Shown here piece by piece: positions 57,673 through 64,000 of a stretch of 64,000 nucleotides of DNA (the stretch's first letter is position 1; each line of letters begins with the position of its first letter). The stretch is from Candidatus Cloacimonadota bacterium (GTDB taxonomy: Bacteria; Cloacimonadota; Cloacimonadia; G963667145): contig OY762943.1 of assembly GCA_963667145.1 (NCBI GenBank), positions 49,576 through 113,575 of the forward strand, read 5' to 3'. Below the pieces are notes generated by a model that did no database searches, was not told where the DNA came from, and worked only from the letters and a program-made list of their open reading frames with translations. Position numbers and translations under genes: made by a program.

Positions 57673-58873
57673 ATATAGTTGGTATAAGAATTTCGTCGCT
57701 AAGGTGCGACTTTTTTTCAAGGAACCGCAATGGCGATATTTCAACTTATTTCCTTTGGCATTAAGGGGTTATGTTTATAATAATTGCCAATTTCACGCCT
57801 CGGCTCTTACTCTATACACCATTTTTGGATTTGTTCCGATTTTGGCTCTGGCTTTCGGAGTAGCGAAAGGTTTTGGAGTGGAAAATTTTTTGCGTGAACA
57901 AATAATCGCTCAAGTGCCACAACAAGAGATTATCTTGCAAAAGTTTTTTGGTTTTGCCCAAAATCTCTTGGAAAGAACAAAAGGTGGCGTAATGATTGGT
58001 ATCGGTTTGGGGCTTTTGTTTTGGAGTTTGCTCTCCATACTTTGGCAAATCGAGAGCATTTTCAATCGGATTTGGGACGTGAAAAAATTTCGGAATCTAT
58101 CCAAAATGATAGCCGATTATTTTTCCGTGGTAGTCATCTTGCCAATTCTGCTTGCGACTTCCGCCAGTGCAACCATTTTTGTTAGTTCGCAACTGAGAAA
58201 AGTATCTGCTACTGGCTATCTTGGGGAAATTTTGGATTCTGCTCTTAGCGTACCCGTCAAGATTTTGCCGTATTTCATCATCTGGATTTTGTTTACATTT
58301 TTGTATCTATATATGCCAAATCGGAAGGTGAAATTCAAATACGCCGTGATTGCTGGAGTGATGGCTGGTTCGCTCTACCAAATTACGCAGTACATCTATT
58401 TGTGGCTGCAAATCGGGATTTCTTCCTACAACGCTATCTATGGTAGCTTTGCGGCGATACCTCTGTTTTTGATTTGGATTCGCACCAGTTGGATGATTAT
58501 TTTGTACGGAGCGGAGTTTTCTTTTGTGCTGGAAAATTACAACATCTACTACGGTGTCACCATTCAAACGAATATGAGCTTCAAGCAGACATTCAATCTG
58601 TCTTCCAAGATTGTCAGGCTAATCGGCAAAAATTTTAATTCGCTGGATTGTCATGTGGAATTGGGAGAGTTGTCCAAAAAATTGCGTTTGCAGAAAGCTC
58701 TTGTTTTGTCAGTATTGGAAAAGCTGATTTCTTTGGGAATCTTGGTCAAAATTGATTCCGACAAAAGTGGCGAATATCTATACACCTTGGCGATGCCTAT
58801 GGAGAAAATTACCAATGGGCTACTTTTGGAGAGACTTGCTTTATTCGGAGAAAACAAACAAATTACCGTTTAA
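57662..58873 (+). CDS. YihY/virulence factor BrkB-family membrane protein with C-terminal extension
   Basis: ASALTLYTIFGFVP, IESIFNRIW, LYLYMPN, YNAIYGSFAAIPLFLIW. Confidence 0.88.
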   Translation: MQIKYSWYKNFVAKVRLFFKEPQWRYFNLFPLALRGYVYNNCQFHASALTLYTIFGFVPILALAFGVAKGFGVENFLREQIIAQVPQQEIILQKFFGFAQNLLERTKGGVMIGIGLGLLFWSLLSILWQIESIFNRIWDVKKFRNLSKMIADYFSVVVILPILLATSASATIFVSSQLRKVSATGYLGEILDSALSVPVKILPYFIIWILFTFLYLYMPNRKVKFKYAVIAGVMAGSLYQITQYIYLWLQIGISSYNAIYGSFAAIPLFLIWIRTSWMIILYGAEFSFVLENYNIYYGVTIQTNMSFKQTFNLSSKIVRLIGKNFNSLDCHVELGELSKKLRLQKALVLSVLEKLISLGILVKIDSDKSGEYLYTLAMPMEKITNGLLLERLALFGENKQITV

Positions 58874-58973
58874 CGGTTAATTTTCTTTACAAAAAAGTAT
58901 CATTTTTGGATATTGGCACTCCTAATCTGAGAGGATTGTGTTCAAAATTCTAATTCAAAAAATTGAGGAATAA

Positions 58974-60716
58974 ATGGAAATTTACTCTAAGTATGTCAAA
59001 AAAATTGTTGCTCGTTGCAAAAGATATAAAGAAAGCTATATCACCTATAAGGACCTTTACGAAATTTTGCCCAATACACCTTTGTTTATTGATGCGGTCG
59101 ATGATATTGTTGAGGAATTGGCTGGCAGAGGAATTAAGACTGTTGATGAGACTCAAACGAAGGAAGCTGGTGAACAGGTTAAAGTAAAGGAAACTCAGAA
59201 GAAACGCAGGATTGAGCGATTTGATGATGCTGTGAAGATGTATCTGAAGGAGATTGGGAAGATACCTCTTTTGGATAAGCAAGGCGAAGTGGAGTTGTCC
59301 AAGAAAATCGAAGAAGGGCAAATCAAAATCAACAAGTTTATTTTTATTTCTGGTAGCACTCTCAAGGAGTTTCAGAATTTCAAAATTCGCTACACCGAAG
59401 GCAGAATTAAGTTGGAACAGATTTTGAAGTTGGATTTTGAGAGTTGGATGGACAAGGAGCGTACCGAGGAAACTTTTGAGGAATTTTCCAAGAATTTGGA
59501 TAAGATTGAAAAGAAATTCAAGGCTATCGGCGAGATGCTGGACAAGTACAAAAATGTTGAAGAGAAAGAGCAAAAGAAGATAGACAAGGAAATCGACAAG
59601 TTGCGTGTTCAAATTGTTGAAATTTATGAGACTATGAAGTTCAACAAAAAGATGATTTCCAGAGCAATTTATCGGATTAACTCTTTGGCAGAGAGGATTA
59701 TCGAGAGCAAGCAAACTATCAAAGAAATTGCCAAAGTTAAGACTTATACTGTAAACGAAATTTGTTCATACGGGCGTCAAGCTCAGAAATCTGAAGAAGA
59801 CCTCAAAGCAGTTGGCGAAGAAACTGGTGTTGATCCAGAAGTTTTTGTGGAAGTTTTGCGGAAGATAAAAAACGCTCGTCGCAAGATGAGACGTGTGGAG
59901 TTGGAAACGAAGCTCAAATCTTCCGAGATGTTGGATATTTTGGAAAAAATCAACAAGGGCGAGCATGTGAAGGAAATTTCCAAAAATAAGATGATTGAGG
60001 CGAACGTTAAGTTGGTGATTAGTATTGCCAAACGTTATAACAACAAGGGTTTGGATTTTTTGGATTTGATACAAGAGGGAAATCACGGATTGATGAACGC
60101 TGTGGAGAAGTACGATTATCGCAAGGGTTACAAGTTTTCCACTTATGCCACTTGGTGGATTAGGCAGTCCATCAGCCGAGCGATTGCCGACCAAGCGAAG
60201 ACGATTAGGATTCCAGTGCATATGATTGAGTTGATTAACAAGCTCAATCGGACGGAAAGGCGATTGGAGCAGAAGTTGGGTCGCAAGCCGTACATCAAGG
60301 AGATAGCCGAGGAGCTTGATTTGACGCCAGATAAGGTCAAGACGATAATGTCTTTCACTCCAGATACGGTTTCGTTGGATAAGCCTGTGGGGAACGACAG
60401 TAGCGAAGAGACGGTGTTGAGCGACTTTATTGAGGATATTAGCACGATAGCTCCCGAGAGAGTGGCTGAGCGGACGTTGCTGAAAAAGCAGATTGATGAG
60501 GTACTCAGAACTCTCACTCCAAGAGAGGAAAAAATTTTACGCTTGCGTTTTGGGATAGATGATGGTTATCATCGGACATTGGAAGAGGTTGGTAGCATCT
60601 TTAACGTTACCCGAGAGAGAATTCGTCAGATAGAGAACAAGGCTCTCATCAAATTGCGTCATCCCACACGAATACACCATTTGCAGAAGTTTATAGATAA
60701 TTACAACATTAAATAG
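58974..60716 (+). CDS. rpoD: primary RNA polymerase sigma factor RpoD
   Basis: [64 protein letters not shown]. Confidence 0.96.
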   Translation: MEIYSKYVKKIVARCKRYKESYITYKDLYEILPNTPLFIDAVDDIVEELAGRGIKTVDETQTKEAGEQVKVKETQKKRRIERFDDAVKMYLKEIGKIPLLDKQGEVELSKKIEEGQIKINKFIFISGSTLKEFQNFKIRYTEGRIKLEQILKLDFESWMDKERTEETFEEFSKNLDKIEKKFKAIGEMLDKYKNVEEKEQKKIDKEIDKLRVQIVEIYETMKFNKKMISRAIYRINSLAERIIESKQTIKEIAKVKTYTVNEICSYGRQAQKSEEDLKAVGEETGVDPEVFVEVLRKIKNARRKMRRVELETKLKSSEMLDILEKINKGEHVKEISKNKMIEANVKLVISIAKRYNNKGLDFLDLIQEGNHGLMNAVEKYDYRKGYKFSTYATWWIRQSISRAIADQAKTIRIPVHMIELINKLNRTERRLEQKLGRKPYIKEIAEELDLTPDKVKTIMSFTPDTVSLDKPVGNDSSEETVLSDFIEDISTIAPERVAERTLLKKQIDEVLRTLTPREEKILRLRFGIDDGYHRTLEEVGSIFNVTRERIRQIENKALIKLRHPTRIHHLQKFIDNYNIK

Positions 60717-60725
60717 AATACATTT

Positions 60726-60750
60726 AAACCGCCGATAAGGCGGTTTTTTT
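60726..60750 (+). terminator. intrinsic terminator after rpoD
   Basis: AAACCGCC-gataa-GGCGGTTTTTTT. Confidence 0.85.
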
Positions 60751-60895
60751 ATGCACTGAAATGGCAAGGAATTTATATTTTGGACGACTATAACAAAAAC
60801 ACCTTGACCTTTTTTTAACGGAAACTAAGTTTCGGACAAATCAAGTTAGGATGCCGTCTGAATGTGAGCATTCTACGGAAGGAGTGAAACTAAAA

Positions 60896-62929
60896 ATGAA
60901 AGAAACTCGCAACTTTTTTTTGGTAGGAGCCCAAGGGTCGGGTAAAACGACATTTTGTGAACAAGTGCTTGCAGATGCAGGCGTTATAGGTAGAGCTGGC
61001 AAGGTGGAAGACGGCAATACGGTGATGGATTTTACTGCTCAGGAGATTGAGCAAAAGAGTTCTATAAATTTGTCTTTAGCTCAGTTCGAGTGGAAAGGGA
61101 CAAAGATAAATTTGATAGATACGCCCGGAAATCCCGATTTCGTTGGGGAGCAAATGGTTTCGACCAAAGCTGCGGAATCTGCGATTATTTTTGCTAACGC
61201 TACTGCTGGATTTCAGGCTGGATTGGAGCTTGCTATTGGGAAGCTCGAGGTTAAGCCAGAGATTTGCAAAGCGATAGTTATCAACAAGATGGATCAGAAA
61301 GATGCGAATTTTGACCACGTTTTGCAGGAAATTCGTGAGCATTCTAATCTTTCGCCTGCTCCAATTTGCATTCCCATCGGTCAAGGTGGAGATTTCCAAG
61401 GCGTGGTTCATCTGATTAAGCAGAAGGCTTATATTGATGGGAAAGAGGTGGAGATTCCCGCCGAGATGAAAGACAATGTTGCCACTGCGTTTGATGTTCT
61501 CAGCGAAGCTGTTGCACAGACTTCCGAAGAGATGTTGGATATTTATTTGGAAAAGGGCGAGTTAGACCAAAATCAGCTTTTGGAAGGCTTGAAATCGGGA
61601 ATCCGAGAAGGTCTCATCACTCCTGTATTTGCGTGTTCTTCGGTGGAAGACAAAGCTGTGCGAGTTACGATGGATTGCTTGATTAGGGAGCTTCCGTCTC
61701 CGCTGGACGACAACAAGATTAAGGTGTACAAAAACGGTGAGGAAACCGAAGTGGAAGCCAGTGAGACTGTACCTACTTTGGCTTATATCTTCAAGTCAGT
61801 TTCCGAGGGTTCCGTGGGAACTGTTTGCTACGTTAGAGTGATGTGTGGCACTTTGAAATCGGGCGACACTTTGTATGTCCCAGAGATAGGTAGTAAGGTG
61901 AAAATCGGCTCTATGTTTGTGACTGTGGGCAAAAAGCGGAAAGATGTTCAGGAGCTTGCAGCGGGGCAAGTGGGAGTTTTGGTGAAGTTGAAAGATTGCC
62001 AAAGTCTGAACACGCTCACTGCGGACAACAGCTTGATGGTTGTTCCTCCGAATTTGCCATCTCCGTATGTGTGGCGGACTATCCTTCCCGAATCTCAAGA
62101 GGATGAGAATAAACTCGGAGAAGTTTTGGAAAAGGTGCTTCAGGAAGACAAAACCGTGCATTTGGACTATAACGAAATGACAAGGCAGTCCGTTTTGTCT
62201 GGCATCAGCTTGACGCAACTAAACCTTATCAAAAAGAGGTTGGAAAGTTCGTATAACGTCAAATGTGATTTGCTCGAGCCTCGAGTTCCGTACATGGAGA
62301 CGATTAGCAAAAAATCTGAGAGCCACTATCGTCACAAAAAGCAGTCTGGTGGCAGAGGTCAGTTTGCCGAGGTGTATTTTAGGGTTTCGCCTATGCAGCG
62401 TGGAGAAGGCTTCAAGTTTATTTCGTCGATTGTTGGAGGGGTTATTCCCAAGGGATTTATTCCGGCTATCGAGAAAGGGCTGAAAGAGACCATCGCCAAG
62501 GGAATTGTAGCTGGCTATCCTGTTACGGACATCAGTGTGGAGGTTTACGACGGATCATATCACACAGTGGATTCGAGTGAGGCTGCCTTCAAGACAGCAG
62601 CATCGATGGCTCTCAAGGAGGGGTTTGTAGCTGCCAATCCAGTGATTTTGGAGCCTATTCACAATGTGGAAATCAATATTCCGAGCCAATATATGGGCGA
62701 TGTGATTAGCGATTTGTCTTCTCGCAGAGGTGTGGTGAACGGGATGAACCAGAAAGGGAAAAATCAGGTGATAGAGGCTTTGTTGCCACTATCTGAACTT
62801 TTCAGTTATTTCCCAACTCTCAAATCACTTACGCAGGGTAGAGGCAGATTTATCCAAAAGTTTTCTCATTATCAGATTTTGCAACCCGATTTGGCTCAAA
62901 AGCTAATGGAAGAGAAAGACAAAGAGTAA
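60896..62929 (+). CDS. elongation factor G paralog (EF-G2-like)
   Basis: GAQGSGKTT, DTPGNPDF, NKMD, HKKQSGGRGQF, DGSYHTVDSS, LEPI; all five EF-G domains present, switch regions divergent. Confidence 0.9.
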   Translation: MKETRNFFLVGAQGSGKTTFCEQVLADAGVIGRAGKVEDGNTVMDFTAQEIEQKSSINLSLAQFEWKGTKINLIDTPGNPDFVGEQMVSTKAAESAIIFANATAGFQAGLELAIGKLEVKPEICKAIVINKMDQKDANFDHVLQEIREHSNLSPAPICIPIGQGGDFQGVVHLIKQKAYIDGKEVEIPAEMKDNVATAFDVLSEAVAQTSEEMLDIYLEKGELDQNQLLEGLKSGIREGLITPVFACSSVEDKAVRVTMDCLIRELPSPLDDNKIKVYKNGEETEVEASETVPTLAYIFKSVSEGSVGTVCYVRVMCGTLKSGDTLYVPEIGSKVKIGSMFVTVGKKRKDVQELAAGQVGVLVKLKDCQSLNTLTADNSLMVVPPNLPSPYVWRTILPESQEDENKLGEVLEKVLQEDKTVHLDYNEMTRQSVLSGISLTQLNLIKKRLESSYNVKCDLLEPRVPYMETISKKSESHYRHKKQSGGRGQFAEVYFRVSPMQRGEGFKFISSIVGGVIPKGFIPAIEKGLKETIAKGIVAGYPVTDISVEVYDGSYHTVDSSEAAFKTAASMALKEGFVAANPVILEPIHNVEINIPSQYMGDVISDLSSRRGVVNGMNQKGKNQVIEALLPLSELFSYFPTLKSLTQGRGRFIQKFSHYQILQPDLAQKLMEEKDKE

Positions 62930-63065
62930 TATTTGAGCTGATTAAGTTTTAATTTTAGAGCCTCTTGAAGGTCGGTAGCTTTGTTATAAAAAGTATTTGA
63001 CATCAAGGGGCTTTCTTAAATTGTGGGGTTAATTTGATTGCTATGTGGCGTTGCTTGTATAGATA

Positions 63066-63151
63066 GCGAGAGTGGTGAAATTGGTAAACGCACTGGACTT
63101 AGAATCCAGCGAGCTACGCTCTTGAGGGTTCGAGTCCCTCCTCTCGCACCA
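63066..63151 (+). tRNA. tRNA-Leu(TAG)
   Basis: GCGAGAG/CTCTCGC acceptor stem, CTGGA-CTTAGAA-TCCAG anticodon arm, long variable arm, CCA. Confidence 0.96.
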
Positions 63152-63228
63152 TTTTCATTTCTCTTTGTTTTCTTGAGATGGAGAAATGATTTTTTTTATG
63201 ATTTTAGACTACAGGAGTAGGAGTTTTG

Positions 63229-64000
63229 ATGAATATTGAACTTAAAGAAATTAGTCAATGTAAGAGGGAAGTGACGGTTATTTTTCCGTCTGATTTGGTG
63301 AATGCGGAGTATCAAAAATCTTTGAAAAAATATTCCAAGATGGTGAATATCAAAGGTTTCAGAAAGGGTAAAGCACCTTTATCGATGATTAAGGAAAAAT
63401 ACGGCGAGTCGATTGCCATGCAATTTAAGGAAGATTTTGCTTCCGATCAATATAAAAATGTTGTGGATGAATTGGAGATTAAGCCTTTGACACCTGGGAA
63501 CATTGTGGATATTAGTGGCGAGGTTGATGCGGAATTGACAGTGAAATATTCGTATGAGGTCGCACCGAAAATCGAGAAAGTTGACTACGAAGGCGTGGAA
63601 ATGGTTTTCGAGGAGAAAAAAGTTGGAGCCACAGAAGTGAACAGCGAACTGGAAAACCTAAGATACAAATTGGCTCAATCTGTTGATATTGATGCTAATC
63701 CCAAAAAGGGCGACACCATTTATGCGGACATGAAGTTTGTGGAGAGCGGAAAAGAGTTCAAGAGGAATTTCATTTACGGTAGCACTCCTTATGGCAAGAA
63801 ATTTGAAGAAGATTTGAAAGGTGTGAAAGTTGGTGATGAGCTTGCTTCGCAAATGGACTATAGCAAAGAGAAAGATGGCTCTGACATGAAAGATGTGGAG
63901 CTGAAGATTACCGCTATCAAGAGATTGGAATTGCCAAAAATTGATGACGAGTTCGCTAAGGATGCTGGATTTGAAGATTTGAAATCTATGAAAGCTGACA
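63229..64000 (+). CDS. tig: trigger factor (3' end runs off the window)
   Basis: Manual translation MNIELKEISQCKRE...IKGFRKGKAP (signature); lies after tRNA-Leu, the usual synteny. Confidence 0.9.
   Translation, partial: MNIELKEISQCKREVTVIFPSDLVNAEYQKSLKKYSKMVNIKGFRKGKAPLSMIKEKYGESIAMQFKEDFASDQYKNVVDELEIKPLTPGNIVDISGEVDAELTVKYSYEVAPKIEKVDYEGVEMVFEEKKVGATEVNSELENLRYKLAQSVDIDANPKKGDTIYADMKFVESGKEFKRNFIYGSTPYGKKFEEDLKGVKVGDELASQMDYSKEKDGSDMKDVELKITAIKRLELPKIDDEFAKDAGFEDLKSMKAD

Noticed and set aside
58913-58939. Possible CIRCE upstream of rpoD (TTGGCACTC-N9-GAGGATTGT)
   Set aside because: Only the left half-site matches; the right half has 4/9 identity.

Overview
Chromosomal, mostly housekeeping 64-kb window from a diderm bacterium. 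LptFG is present; the gene content is compatible with an anaerobic, FCB-related lineage such as Cloacimonadota, but that is inference only. In order it contains: argH (partial); a his operon (hisG, hisC fused to a HAD phosphatase, hisB, a DUF89 phosphatase, hisH); lptFG; dusB; a parA-parB-M23-bactofilin operon; a xanthine permease; rpsU; a two-component system with a compact sigma factor; ltaE-hisD; a cstA / small protein / Get3-ArsA-like ATPase / CCDC47-like operon; glmM, glyS, topA; pckA-ppdK; an aconitase-cysteine desulfidase-icd-ftcD cluster; a small AT-rich Fic island; hrcA; htpG with a CIRCE site; an ECF/anti-sigma/Spy module; ade; rpoD; an EF-G paralog; and tig (partial). Three tRNA genes are present: Val-GAC, Ala-GGC and Leu-TAG. 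I saw no CRISPR array, integrase, transposase or rRNA. Best leads: (1) the CstA operon, which pairs a Get3-like ATPase with a protein carrying CCDC47/DUF1682-like motifs and may be a prokaryotic membrane-protein biogenesis module; (2) a family of highly structured ~200-250 nt intergenic elements, two copies of which are ~96% identical in the core; (3) a HisC-HAD fusion; (4) a type II IDH with an NAD-type Asp-Leu coenzyme signature. All homology calls were made by eye from motifs and have not been checked against databases.
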